A stretch of DNA of 63,985 bases, the filler included, from an uncultured Methanosarcinales archaeon (GTDB lineage: Archaea > Nanobdellota > Nanobdellia > Woesearchaeales > CAZKBD01), in assembly GCA_964550945.1 (NCBI GenBank). It is 4 parts of 4 records of this genome, joined end to end, with 100 filler letters (N's around TTAATTAATTAA, not from the genome) between each part and the next. Parts side by side here need not be neighbours in the genome. Positions count along the whole stretch, not along the records: positions 1 to 21,530 come from CAZKBD010000024.1; positions 21,631 to 42,015 come from CAZKBD010000025.1; 2 more parts are not named here. One strand, 5' to 3'. Made by a program: the position numbers and the translations under genes. Every line of letters begins with the position of its first letter. Within the stretch, counting starts at the first letter, position 1. This document shows, in pieces, positions 20,177 to 29,002 of the stretch. A model generated the notes under the pieces. It was not told the origin of the DNA, made no database searches, and saw only the letters and a program-made list of their open reading frames with translations.

Positions 20177-20926
20177 TTAAGCGGCTTGTTGCCTGATTTT
20201 GGCTCTTCCAGCAGCCCTTCTTTGGGCATCCTGAATATTTTTGATCATAGCACTTCTTTGATTCCTTATATCTCTATCTACTCTCTTAAAATGTCTTCTT
20301 AAACTTTTGCCAGCGTCCTGCAAACTTAAAGAAACATATTTGCTTGTTTTTTCAGAATTAGAAAAACTTTCTGCAAGCTTTTTATAAAACTCAATCAAAG
20401 CTTTGGCTTCTTTATATGCAGCATCAGGGCCTATTCTTTGCGCTCTTGCTCTGAAATTTCCTTTCACTCTTTCAGCTTTTGCAGTCCACTCAGTGAGCAA
20501 AGCAGAGCCCAGATTATGGCACCATGTGTTTAAAATATCATAATACTCTAAAGCCCCTCTGTCATTATTGCTGTTTTTTGCGCTTCCAAGATTTCTAAGA
20601 GCCCTGTCAGCAGAATTAATGCACTCTCCCACAGATCTTGTTGTAACAACTCTTTCAAATACCACTTCTAAACACCTATTAGAAATTTTATCCCCTACAT
20701 ATTTAAATCTTTCTAATCTGAATTTATATTCTAAAACCATGCGCTTGGCCTAAACTAGTCCTTTCTCTTTTTTTGTAAGTTTGTTTAAATTGTTGATTAA
20801 TCCTCTATTTATTCTTACTTTTCAATCTCTCTTTTTCTTCTTTACTTTCTCTATACTCTTGATTGTTGATAAATTGTCAAGTTTATCAACCTTAAGAAAG
20901 TCTTTTACTTTCTTTTTGTCAGCCAT
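20177..20926 (-). pseudogene. Helical hypothetical protein; the 5' part (20926-20741) is in frame but carries two stops
   Basis: ATG at 20926 is in frame with the 187-aa ORF; TGA at 20822-20824 and TAG at 20750-20752. Confidence 0.5.
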
Positions 20927-21405
20927 TTCTTACTCTCCTCTTTACTTTGCATTCTAAAAGTATGCCCATTAATTTCTTGGATAACAGCAGCGTTAATCCT
21001 TTTTAGTGTAGTTCTTTTGAAGATAATAGTAGTGCCAAGATATTTCTTTATTCCCTGCCTTTTTGTTGTGAATACCTCTATCTTCATAGGAATTTGTTCA
21101 GTAAGCTTCCAATAATTTGCTGAAGCCCATCCTCCTATAAAATAATCTTTTCCATTCATCACTTCATCAATAAGAATGAAAGGATCCTCACTCCATTTTC
21201 CAGACTTAGCCTTTATTGGAACAAGATAATACTTATTTCTATTAAGGCTAATCCCCCTGCCTTTCTTAATAAGCTTATGAAGCGTATGCCTCATCTGATT
21301 GTAAGAAGGAAGAAAACTAGCAATATCTTCTCGAGTAAAGAAGTATCTCTTCTCAAACTCAAGATAAGATACAATTTCCATTTCCTTGTCTGAAAGCCCT
21401 TTCAT
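20905..21405 (-). CDS. Type IV TA AbiEi-family antitoxin
   Basis: N-terminal wHTH, YFIGGWASANYWKLTEQIP AbiEi motif. Confidence 0.8.
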   Translation of the reverse strand: MKGLSDKEMEIVSYLEFEKRYFFTREDIASFLPSYNQMRHTLHKLIKKGRGISLNRNKYYLVPIKAKSGKWSEDPFILIDEVMNGKDYFIGGWASANYWKLTEQIPMKIEVFTTKRQGIKKYLGTTIIFKRTTLKRINAAVIQEINGHTFRMQSKEESKKWLTKRK

Positions 21406-21530
21406 ATTAACACCAAATACAGCATTATACTGTAATAAATGTTACAAGTATATAAATCTTCGCATTTTCTCAGGCAAACTGTTCAATTTGATAATTAGTT
21501 TACACATTTAATAATCAGCCAAAATTCCCT

Positions 21531-21630
21531 NNNNNNNNNNNNNNNNNNNNNNNNNNNNNNNNNNNNNNNNNNNNTTAATTAATTAANNNNNNNNNNNNNN
21601 NNNNNNNNNNNNNNNNNNNNNNNNNNNNNN
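21531..21630. other. Artificial contig linker
   Basis: Ns around TTAATTAATTAA (stops in all frames). Confidence 0.98.
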
Positions 21631-21652
21631 CGTCAAGGTTCACAATTCTCAT

Positions 21653-21678
21653 CTTAAGTTATCTATAGATAACTTAAG
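21653..21678. promoter_or_regulatory. Perfect 26-bp palindrome, probable operator of a gene lost in the gap
   Basis: CTTAAGTTATCTATAGATAACTTAAG lies between a minus-strand BRE/TATA (CGAAAAATATATAAA) and an ATG at 21652. Confidence 0.65.
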
Positions 21679-21842
21679 TTTATATATTTTTCGGTGCTAC
21701 AGAATATACATCAAAAATCAGGGGGTGCTCATAGATGAGAAACGCAAAAGTTTACTGCTGGCAATTAAGAATTTCCATGAAAAAACCCAAAAAGAAAGTT
21801 ATTTATATTAGTAAACTAAAAATTTAATAAAGAGGTGGTCAT

Positions 21843-22127
21843 TTGCAATATCTCGAAGGAATGCTTAAAATCGCGAATGTGTTTCTTGCGATAGTTGCTG
21901 GATTCATAGCAATAAGCCTATTTAAGGTATCGCATGAAAGAGATCACTTAAAGCCATGGAAGCTTCTGATAATTGCCTTGATGTTATTTGCTGTACAGGA
22001 GATTTTAGGCGCATTAAGGGCTTTTGATATATTCTCAACACCCTATTTAACACATATTGTCCCAACAGCCATATTGGGATTAGTGATATGCGCTTTAGTA
22101 TTGCAAATAGGCATAATAAAAAAATGA
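21843..22127 (+). CDS. Small 3-TM membrane protein
   Basis: Three hydrophobic segments; GAGGTGG RBS. Confidence 0.7.
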   Translation: MQYLEGMLKIANVFLAIVAGFIAISLFKVSHERDHLKPWKLLIIALMLFAVQEILGALRAFDIFSTPYLTHIVPTAILGLVICALVLQIGIIKK

Positions 22128-22441
22128 CATATTTTTACAATTGCTTGGGATTAGTAGCGCCATATTACAATATGGTTTTGGTTGTAATAGTGGTAATCTT
22201 GTTCATTAATCTGTTTAGGAGATCAGATAAGAAAACCTTCATAATGCCATGGAAATTTTTATTCTTTGCAATCTGCGTTTATGTTGTGGAGGAAGTAGCA
22301 ACTATCATGGCAAGTGCAAATTTAATAACCTTGCCTAGTATAATAAATGTGATTTTGGAAACGATAATTGTCACATTATTTATCTATATGATACTAATCC
22401 AGAGAGAGTACGTCAAAAATGAAAAAACTGCTAAGCGATAA
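22124..22441 (+). CDS. Small 3-TM membrane protein, apparent paralog of the upstream gene
   Basis: Shared LF..S.....PWK.L..A......E pattern. Confidence 0.7.
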   Translation: MTYFYNCLGLVAPYYNMVLVVIVVILFINLFRRSDKKTFIMPWKFLFFAICVYVVEEVATIMASANLITLPSIINVILETIIVTLFIYMILIQREYVKNEKTAKR

Positions 22442-22703
22442 TAAAGCGCTTTCTCCATTAGTAGCCACTTTGCTCTTATTAGCTTTTGCATTGGTTGTTG
22501 GCACAGTTACCATGAACTGGGGTAAATCATATATTGAAAATATTGGGGAAACCCCTAAAGAATACGAGCCAATGAAATCCTCGATTGTAGTGAACATAGA
22601 GGATATTGATACGCCATTAAAAAAACTACAGATAGAACATATAACCGGCCAGATTTCAGAGCAGGAATATATCGCAAGAGAAAACCAAATAATCAATCCT
22701 TAA
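22419..22703 (+). CDS. Archaeal type IV pilin-like protein (class III signal peptide)
   Basis: NKA/LSPLVATLLLLAFALVVG prepilin N-terminus. Confidence 0.75.
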   Translation: MKKLLSDNKALSPLVATLLLLAFALVVGTVTMNWGKSYIENIGETPKEYEPMKSSIVVNIEDIDTPLKKLQIEHITGQISEQEYIARENQIINP

Positions 22704-22947
22704 CTTTTTCTAACAAAGAAACAACACCATAAAGCTGGGTTCTTGTATATGGCTGGACATTGGTGTCATCAGCAATCTCATCTAGGTCATTTAATGCTTC
22801 GTTAACCTTTATAGAAGATTCCTTATCTTCTTTTAGTGTTTTGATAACCTCTCTAACCTTGAGCTTTACATTTTTTGGGACAGTAGCGTCATCTTCTAAT
22901 TCAGCAAGCATACTGATTATCTCATCAATTTTATCTTTAGAGGCCAT
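22693..22947 (-). CDS. UPF0147 family protein
   Basis: DATVPKNVK...LDEIADD.NV.PYTRTQ pattern. Confidence 0.85.
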   Translation of the reverse strand: MASKDKIDEIISMLAELEDDATVPKNVKLKVREVIKTLKEDKESSIKVNEALNDLDEIADDTNVQPYTRTQLYGVVSLLEKVKD

Positions 22948-22948
22948 T

Positions 22949-23275
22949 TTATTTAATATCTTCCATAACTTCTGACTGCATTTTTGTGGTCTTTTCTTTT
23001 ATGCGCGTTTCCTGCTTTTCCAAATTCTTTACCCTTAGCTCAGTTATATCCTTCTTATCAGTCAATTCTTTTTTAAGCCCCTCTTTTTCAGATAGCACCA
23101 TAACATTGCCTACTATCTTATAGGCCGTGTCAGTCTTTTCCAATTCGCTCAGTGCAGACTCAATTTCAACAATCTGCATCTGAAATTGCTGTTTCTGCGC
23201 AACCAATGTACTGATACTTTGCTCAAGAATTTGCAACTGGTTTATCTTTTGCTCGACTTCTTTTGTTATAGCCAT
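22949..23275 (-). CDS. pfdB: Prefoldin beta subunit
   Basis: Coiled coils flanking YKIVGNVMV hairpin. Confidence 0.92.
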   Translation of the reverse strand: MAITKEVEQKINQLQILEQSISTLVAQKQQFQMQIVEIESALSELEKTDTAYKIVGNVMVLSEKEGLKKELTDKKDITELRVKNLEKQETRIKEKTTKMQSEVMEDIK

Positions 23276-23276
23276 T

Positions 23277-23414
23277 TTATCTTGCTTTTACTTTTGTATT
23301 AACACTTCTCGGTTTGAATAAAATCTTGCTTCCACAATAAGGGCATCTGACCCTTTTTTTTAAGTAGTCTAATGACACTTTTTTATTACATTCAAAACAT
23401 TTATACTCGACCAT
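23277..23414 (-). CDS. rpoP: DNA-directed RNA polymerase subunit P (Rpo12), 45 aa, not in the ORF track
   Basis: MVEYKCFEC...VRCPYCGSKILFKPR...KVKAR zinc ribbon, in the usual position after rpl37ae. Confidence 0.93.
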   Translation of the reverse strand: MVEYKCFECNKKVSLDYLKKRVRCPYCGSKILFKPRSVNTKVKAR

Positions 23415-23658
23415 TTTGAATAACCTCTTTTGTTTCCTTGCCTTTTTCCTCAAGCACTATCTTTTCCTTTACGCTATAAGCTTTGCCTGCAAACTTTTTG
23501 TTGCATTTGTTGCAGTGCCATATACCATAAGAAAGCCTTTTGACAGCTAGCTTATTGCAGTAAGGGCATTTATGCTTTTTCCTCTGCTCAGCCTCTATTT
23601 TAGCTAGCTTCTTCTTTACTTTTGTACCGTATCTTGCTCCAAATCTTTTTACTGTCAT
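23401..23658 (-). CDS. rpl37ae: 50S ribosomal protein L37ae (eL43)
   Basis: RFGARYG, CPYC, GIWHCNKC, FAGKAY. Confidence 0.96.
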   Translation of the reverse strand: MTVKRFGARYGTKVKKKLAKIEAEQRKKHKCPYCNKLAVKRLSYGIWHCNKCNKKFAGKAYSVKEKIVLEEKGKETKEVIQNGRV

Positions 23659-23674
23659 GTTTATCCCTTTTATA

Positions 23675-23824
23675 TGTCAGAAATATACCGTCACTCTATC
23701 TGACTGATGGACAAAGTCCAACACCATTTGTGGTCATGGTATATTTCTGAGCATGCTCAAAAACCACCATAACATCGAGGTGGCTTCAAACATGCCACCC
23801 ATCTATGATGGGTGGTTTTTGACA
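23675..23824 (+). repeat. Modular hairpin repeat element, copy 2
   Basis: TGTCAGAAATATACC...GGTATATTTCTGAGCATGCTCAAAAACCACC...GGTGGTTTTTGACA. Confidence 0.88.
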
Positions 23825-23827
23825 AAA

Positions 23828-23966
23828 TGGGGCTGCCCGGATTTGAAATTCCCCAATCGTTGTATTTTGGCAACAGATTGTCCGGAATCGTCCGCTCCCA
23901 AAGCGGAAAGGATGAGTTCCTCCTAACAATCTCGCGATTGATTAGTCCAAGTTACCCCACAGCCCC
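23828..23966 (-). tRNA. tRNA-Pro(UGG) with two non-canonical introns (D-loop ~23917-23946; T-arm 23848-23881)
   Basis: Acceptor GGGGCTG/CAGCCCC, anticodon arm TCCGC-TTTGGGA-GCGGA, T arm TCCGG-TTCAAAT-CCGGG restored after removing the inserts; no encoded CCA. Confidence 0.92.
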
Positions 23967-24115
23967 ATGAGGCTTGTTTCTCTAAGGAGGATAGCTATTG
24001 ATTTTTAAATCTATCGGTGAAACTGGGTTTGAATTGCCATAAAAAAATAAACCCATAAACCCAAATTATCGAGAATAAACATTTTCAAAAACGATAGGTT
24101 TATATATAAGTGATT

Positions 24116-24163
24116 CCACAACAGGTTGTGCTCGAATATGCACCAATACACAACCCATTGTTA
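24116..24163 (+). promoter_or_regulatory. Tandem NrdR boxes downstream of a TATA box
   Basis: CCACAACAGGTTGTGC (24116) and ACACAACCCATTGTTA (24148), 32 bp apart; TTTATATA at 24099. Confidence 0.75.
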
Positions 24164-24175
24164 TTTTTACTCAAA

Positions 24176-24631
24176 ATGATATGCCCTTTTTGCTCCTCAA
24201 CAGAAACAAAAGTTAATGATAAAAGAGAATCAGAAAACCTGTTTGCTACCAGAAGGAGAAGAGAATGCCTTAAATGCAAGAAGCGCTTCACAACATATGA
24301 ACGGATAGAGACACAGGAAATCACAATTGTAAAAAAAGATGGCAGAAGGGAGCTTTACAACAGGCAAAAACTAACTGCAGGCGTATTGAAAGCCTGCGAG
24401 AAAAGGCCTATAGAAAGAGCACAGATAGAAAACATCGTTGATGAAATTGATATAGAGATAAGAAACCTGCCAACCACCGAAATACCAAGCAAAAAGATAG
24501 GGGAGCTTGTAATGAGCAAGCTAAGGCAGCTGGATAAGGTGGCATATATAAGGTTTGCATCAGTTTATCGGGAATTTACTGATTTGAAGTCTTTTGAGAA
24601 GGAATTAATCCTGTTAAGAAAAAAAAGGTAA
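24176..24631 (+). CDS. nrdR: Transcriptional repressor NrdR
   Basis: CPFC..TKVND.R..RRRRECLKC..RFTTYE zinc ribbon, ATP cone, VAYIRFASVYREF. Confidence 0.96.
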   Translation: MICPFCSSTETKVNDKRESENLFATRRRRECLKCKKRFTTYERIETQEITIVKKDGRRELYNRQKLTAGVLKACEKRPIERAQIENIVDEIDIEIRNLPTTEIPSKKIGELVMSKLRQLDKVAYIRFASVYREFTDLKSFEKELILLRKKR

Positions 24632-24635
24632 AACC

Positions 24636-27098
24636 ATGGAAGAAAAACACAAAATAATAAAAATAAGGAAAAGAGACGGGAGAATTGTTGAGTTTGCTCC
24701 TGAAAAAATTACTAACGCCCTTTATAATGCAGCGCAATCAGTTGCTGCTTCTGAGGGCAAGACAGCAGACAGGAAAACAGCAGAGGAATTGACTCAGAAA
24801 GTTACCACTATCCTTGATTACCAGTTTAGCTCCAAAGAGATTCCTACTGTTGAAGAAGTCCAGGATATTATCGAGAAAGTTCTCATAAAAAGCGGGCACG
24901 CAAAAACAGCAAAAGCTTACATCTTGTACCGGCAGCAGCACGCAAAAATAAGGGAAACAAAGGATATGTTTATTGATGTCCACAACACAATAAGCAGCTA
25001 TCTTGACAGGATGGACTGGAGAGTCAAGGAAAACAGCAATGAGGACTATTCATTTTCTGGCTTATTGCTTTATACAGCTGGCAAGGTTATTGCTAACTAC
25101 GCTTTGAATGAGATTTATACTCCGGATATCAAAGACGCGCACTTAAAAGGCTATTATCATATACATGACCTGAGCCATGGTTTTATAGGATATTGTGCTG
25201 GCTGGTCACTGCAAAAATTATTGAAAAACGGTTTTGGAGGGGTTGCGAATAAGGTGGATGCAAAGCCTGCAAAACACATGGATGTTGTTGTTCACCAGAT
25301 GGTCAATTATATAGGATGTTTGCAGATGGAATTTGCAGGAGCGCAGGCATTCAGCTCTGTTGACACTTTGTTAGCGCCATTTGTCAAAACAGACAATATG
25401 TCATACAACCAAGTTAAGCAATGCATGCAAGAGCTTGTTTACTCTTTAAACATCCCTTCAAGATGGGGATCACAATATCCTTTTTCGAATCTGACATTTG
25501 ACTGGGTTGTTCCTTCTGATTTAAAAGACAAGCCAGCGATTGCAGGAGGCAAGGCTCAAAATTTTACCTACGGAGATTGCCAAAAAGAATTAGATATGAT
25601 CAACAAGGCCTTCTTGGAAGTTATGAAAGAAGGCGATGCTAATGGCAGAATATTCACATTCCCTATCCCCACATATAACCTTACAAAGAGTTTTGACTGG
25701 GGAAGCGAGAACGCAAACCTATTATTTGAGGTTACTGCAAAGTATGGAACTCCCTATTTCCAGAACTATATTGGCTCTAATCTTGATCCAAGAAGCATTC
25801 GCGCAATGTGTTGCCGCCTTAACTTAAACCAACTCGAACTAATAAACCGGCCAGGCAATATGTGGGGGCCAGGTGATAATACTGGGTCAATTGGTGTAGT
25901 TACTATAAATCTGAACAGGCTGGGCTATGAGGCAAAGGGCAACAAAGAGAAGTTTTTTGAATTATTAAGCTATTATATGACTCTGTCAAAGAACTCATTA
26001 GAAATCAAAAGAAAGATTGTCGAAAAAAACCTTGAAAATGGGTTAATGCCTTATACTAAGGTGTATTTAGGGACTTTCAATAACCATTTCTCAACAATTG
26101 GGCTATGCGGGATGAATGAATGCTGCCTAAATTTCCTTGGAAAAGACATAAGCACAGAAGAAGGCAAAGAGTTTACAGTTGAAACACTAAATTTTATGAG
26201 AGAAAAACTAAAGAAATTCCAGGAAGAAACAGGCAGTTTGTATAATCTGGAAGCAACACCAGCAGAATCTGCTGCATACAGGTTAGCAAGATTGGATAAA
26301 AAAATGTATAACGACATAATCACTGCAGGCCATGACGAGCCTTATCTGACTAATTCAACACAATTACCTGTTGATAAGACAGATGATGCTATAGAAGCTA
26401 TTGAGCACCAAGATGCTATACAGCCATTGTACACAGGAGGAACGATATTCCATACATTCTTAGGAGAAAGGATGTCAAGCGGCGAATCCTGCAAAATGCT
26501 TGTTAAAAAAATTGCAGAAAACACAAGATTGCCGTATTTTTCGATAACGCCAACATTCAGCATCTGCAAAACACATGGCTATATCCAAGGCGAACATTTT
26601 GAATGCCCTGAATGCGGCTCTGTAACAGAGGTTTACTCTAGAATTGTAGGTTATTTCAGGCCAATAAGGCAATGGAATAACGGAAAAAGAGAAGAGTTCA
26701 AGGACAGGCTGGAGTACAGCGAAAATAAAAGCTTAGCTTCAAAATTCAGGATAAAAGCTGTTGCTTCAATAAATGGAAGCGTTCAGCATGAAGAAGAACC
26801 AAGGAGCTTTTCTGATATGGCTGTTCATTCATACAGAATATTTACGATGCCTGGCTGCGATAAGTGCGCTGATGCAAAGAAATATCTTGGAGATATGGAT
26901 ATGGAAGGGATTATACACGATTTAGCCTCAAGGGAAGGGTTAGAAGAGTTTAGGTCTTATTACAAAAATTTAAAAGGAAAACTAAAGAGAAATGAGGATG
27001 GAAGCTTGCCTGTCCCGACAATTTTATTCTTGGATAAAGAGGAAAATGTGGCCTCGATAGCCCATAGTGTTGAACAACTAAAGGACATTTTACAGTAG
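24636..27098 (+). CDS. nrdD: Class III anaerobic ribonucleoside-triphosphate reductase with ATP cone and C-terminal glutaredoxin-like domain
   Basis: ATP cone, HIHDL, GYCAG, AMCCRL, EATPAES, CxxH/CxxC, glycyl radical RIVGY, then CDKC...VPTI. Confidence 0.95.
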   Translation: MEEKHKIIKIRKRDGRIVEFAPEKITNALYNAAQSVAASEGKTADRKTAEELTQKVTTILDYQFSSKEIPTVEEVQDIIEKVLIKSGHAKTAKAYILYRQQHAKIRETKDMFIDVHNTISSYLDRMDWRVKENSNEDYSFSGLLLYTAGKVIANYALNEIYTPDIKDAHLKGYYHIHDLSHGFIGYCAGWSLQKLLKNGFGGVANKVDAKPAKHMDVVVHQMVNYIGCLQMEFAGAQAFSSVDTLLAPFVKTDNMSYNQVKQCMQELVYSLNIPSRWGSQYPFSNLTFDWVVPSDLKDKPAIAGGKAQNFTYGDCQKELDMINKAFLEVMKEGDANGRIFTFPIPTYNLTKSFDWGSENANLLFEVTAKYGTPYFQNYIGSNLDPRSIRAMCCRLNLNQLELINRPGNMWGPGDNTGSIGVVTINLNRLGYEAKGNKEKFFELLSYYMTLSKNSLEIKRKIVEKNLENGLMPYTKVYLGTFNNHFSTIGLCGMNECCLNFLGKDISTEEGKEFTVETLNFMREKLKKFQEETGSLYNLEATPAESAAYRLARLDKKMYNDIITAGHDEPYLTNSTQLPVDKTDDAIEAIEHQDAIQPLYTGGTIFHTFLGERMSSGESCKMLVKKIAENTRLPYFSITPTFSICKTHGYIQGEHFECPECGSVTEVYSRIVGYFRPIRQWNNGKREEFKDRLEYSENKSLASKFRIKAVASINGSVQHEEEPRSFSDMAVHSYRIFTMPGCDKCADAKKYLGDMDMEGIIHDLASREGLEEFRSYYKNLKGKLKRNEDGSLPVPTILFLDKEENVASIAHSVEQLKDILQ

Positions 27099-27788
27099 AT
27101 GAAACTAGAAATAAAAGGCTTACAGAAAACATCTTTGATAGACTATTCTCCTTACACAAGCTGCGTTGTTTTTCTGGCTGGATGTGATTTTAGATGCCCT
27201 TTTTGCCAGAATCCTGATCTGGTTTTGAATCCTGAAAAATTGGATACTATAAAAAAGGAAGATTTCTTTGAATTCTTAAAAAAAAGAAAGAAATGGCTTG
27301 ATGGAGCCTGCATTACAGGAGGCGAGCCAACACTTTACAAAGAGCTGCCTGAATTTATTAAACAAATCAAAGATTTAGGGTATAAATTAAAGTTAGATAC
27401 AAATGGAAACAATCCGGATATGCTTAAAGAATTGGTAAAATTAGCTGATTATGTCGCAATGGACATAAAGAGTTCGTTAGAAAAATATGATGAATCAGCT
27501 GGTGTTAAAGTGGATATTGAAAAAATAAAAAAGTCTGTTGAAATCATCAAAAATTCTGGAATTGATTGGGAGTTTAGAATGACTGTTGTTCCTGCATTGC
27601 ATTCACAAGAGGATTTTGAAAAAATAGGCAAATGGCTAAAAGGAGCAAAAAGGTTCTTTTTGCAGCAGTTTAGCAATAAGATATGTTTGGACAAGAGTTT
27701 TGAGAAAATAACTCCTTTTTCTAAGGAAGATATGGAAGAGTTTAAGGTAATATTGAGCAAATATATCTCTAAGGTGGAAGTAAGATAA
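27099..27788 (+). CDS. nrdG: Anaerobic RNR activating radical SAM protein
   Basis: GCDFRCPFCQN, ITGGEPT, LDTNG; follows nrdD. Confidence 0.93.
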   Translation: MKLEIKGLQKTSLIDYSPYTSCVVFLAGCDFRCPFCQNPDLVLNPEKLDTIKKEDFFEFLKKRKKWLDGACITGGEPTLYKELPEFIKQIKDLGYKLKLDTNGNNPDMLKELVKLADYVAMDIKSSLEKYDESAGVKVDIEKIKKSVEIIKNSGIDWEFRMTVVPALHSQEDFEKIGKWLKGAKRFFLQQFSNKICLDKSFEKITPFSKEDMEEFKVILSKYISKVEVR

Positions 27789-27834
27789 AAACCTTTAAAA
27801 ATAAAGGAATCTTCTCTTAGTAATGGGGGTTTTA

Positions 27835-28026
27835 ATGGAGTGCAAACAAAAACAAAACCTAAAACACTGCAACTGCACTTATGAGCCATGCTCAAGAAAA
27901 GGGCAATGCTGTGAATGCATCCAGTATCATTTAAGAAGCAGGGAACTTCCGGCATGCTTCTTTCCAAATAATGTCGAAAAGACATTTGACAGAAGCATAC
28001 AAAAATTTGTTGGGATAAATCATTAA
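27835..28026 (+). CDS. Small Cys-rich protein (DUF6485-like)
   Basis: [21 protein letters not shown]...LPACFF. Confidence 0.75.
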   Translation: MECKQKQNLKHCNCTYEPCSRKGQCCECIQYHLRSRELPACFFPNNVEKTFDRSIQKFVGINH

Positions 28027-28104
28027 AGTTGCGCAATTGTGATTTTCAGTAAACAATTTGATTTTCAGTAAATAATAAAAATGAATTATTAACAACCACT
28101 AAAA

Positions 28105-28578
28105 ATGAAAAGGCCAGCTTGGGACGAATATTTCATGAAGATAGCTTATTTAGTTGCAGAGCGCTCTACTTGCGTAAGGCATCATGTTGGCGCCGTTATT
28201 GTAAAAGACAAAAGGATATTAACAACTGGCTACAATGGGGCGGCATCAGGCCAAAAAGATTGCCTTGAGCTTGGATGTCTGCGGGAAAAAAATAATATCC
28301 CTAGCGGAGAAAGACATGAAATTTGCAGAGCAATCCATGCAGAGCAGAATGCGATAATCCAAGCTGGATTGCATGGGGTGGTTATCAAAGAAGCCACAAT
28401 CTACTGCACTCATTCTCCTTGCATCCTATGCGCAAAAATGCTGGCAAATGCTAGAATAAAACGTTTTGTAACATCTGGCGATTATCCAGATGAGGCTGCT
28501 AAACAATTGCTGAAAGAAACAGGCATAGAATTTATAAAAATGCAAAAACCAGATACTAAAATAAATATCCTAGACTGA
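28105..28578 (+). CDS. dCMP deaminase (ComEB family)
   Basis: RP.WDEYFM, RSTC, TGYNG, HAEQNA, PCILC. Confidence 0.93.
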   Translation: MKRPAWDEYFMKIAYLVAERSTCVRHHVGAVIVKDKRILTTGYNGAASGQKDCLELGCLREKNNIPSGERHEICRAIHAEQNAIIQAGLHGVVIKEATIYCTHSPCILCAKMLANARIKRFVTSGDYPDEAAKQLLKETGIEFIKMQKPDTKINILD

Positions 28579-28587
28579 GGTGGGATA

Positions 28588-28779
28588 ATGGCAAAATACA
28601 AAATAGAGATAGATGAAGACGCATGCATTAGCTGTGGCGCATGTGTAGGGGCATGCGACAATTTTGAGCTTCAGGACAAAGCAAAAGTAAAACAAGCAGA
28701 GGTTGATGACATTGGCTGCAATCAAGATGCAGCAGATGCTTGTCCAGTAAGCTGTATCAAGATAAAAAAACTAAGGTGA
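28588..28779 (+). CDS. Single-cluster ferredoxin
   Basis: CISCGAC...ACPVSCI. Confidence 0.9.
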   Translation: MAKYKIEIDEDACISCGACVGACDNFELQDKAKVKQAEVDDIGCNQDAADACPVSCIKIKKLR

Positions 28780-28783
28780 TTTG

Positions 28784-28999
28784 ATGGCAAAAGAAGAAAT
28801 TACAAAAGACATGACATTCCAGGAAGCGTTAGAAAAGTCCCCAAAATCAGCTGAAATAATGATGAAATATGGATTGCATTGCATTGGCTGCCATATAGCT
28901 CCATTTGAAACAATAGAGCAAGGCTCTTTGGCTCATGGATTGGAGAAGAAAGACATTGACAAGATGATCAAGGAGATTAATAATATTGAGAAGAAATGA
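28784..28999 (+). CDS. DUF1858-family (hybrid-cluster/disulfide-associated) protein
   Basis: ITKDMT...GLHCIGC...ETIEQG..AHG. Confidence 0.85.
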   Translation: MAKEEITKDMTFQEALEKSPKSAEIMMKYGLHCIGCHIAPFETIEQGSLAHGLEKKDIDKMIKEINNIEKK

Positions 29000-29002
29000 T
29001 AC

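Noticed and set aside
20750..20824. Stop-codon reassignment or selenocysteine/pyrrolysine readthrough
   Set aside because: TGA and TAG terminate many conserved genes in this window, and no supporting context is visible.
21531..21630. TTAATTAATTAA palindrome inside N runs (also 42016-42115 and 62207-62306)
   Set aside because: Artificial all-frame-stop linker used to join contigs; not biological.
21721..21730. GGGGTGCTC near two contig starts (also ~42211)
   Set aside because: Only 9 bp shared with no further similarity; cannot support an IS end.
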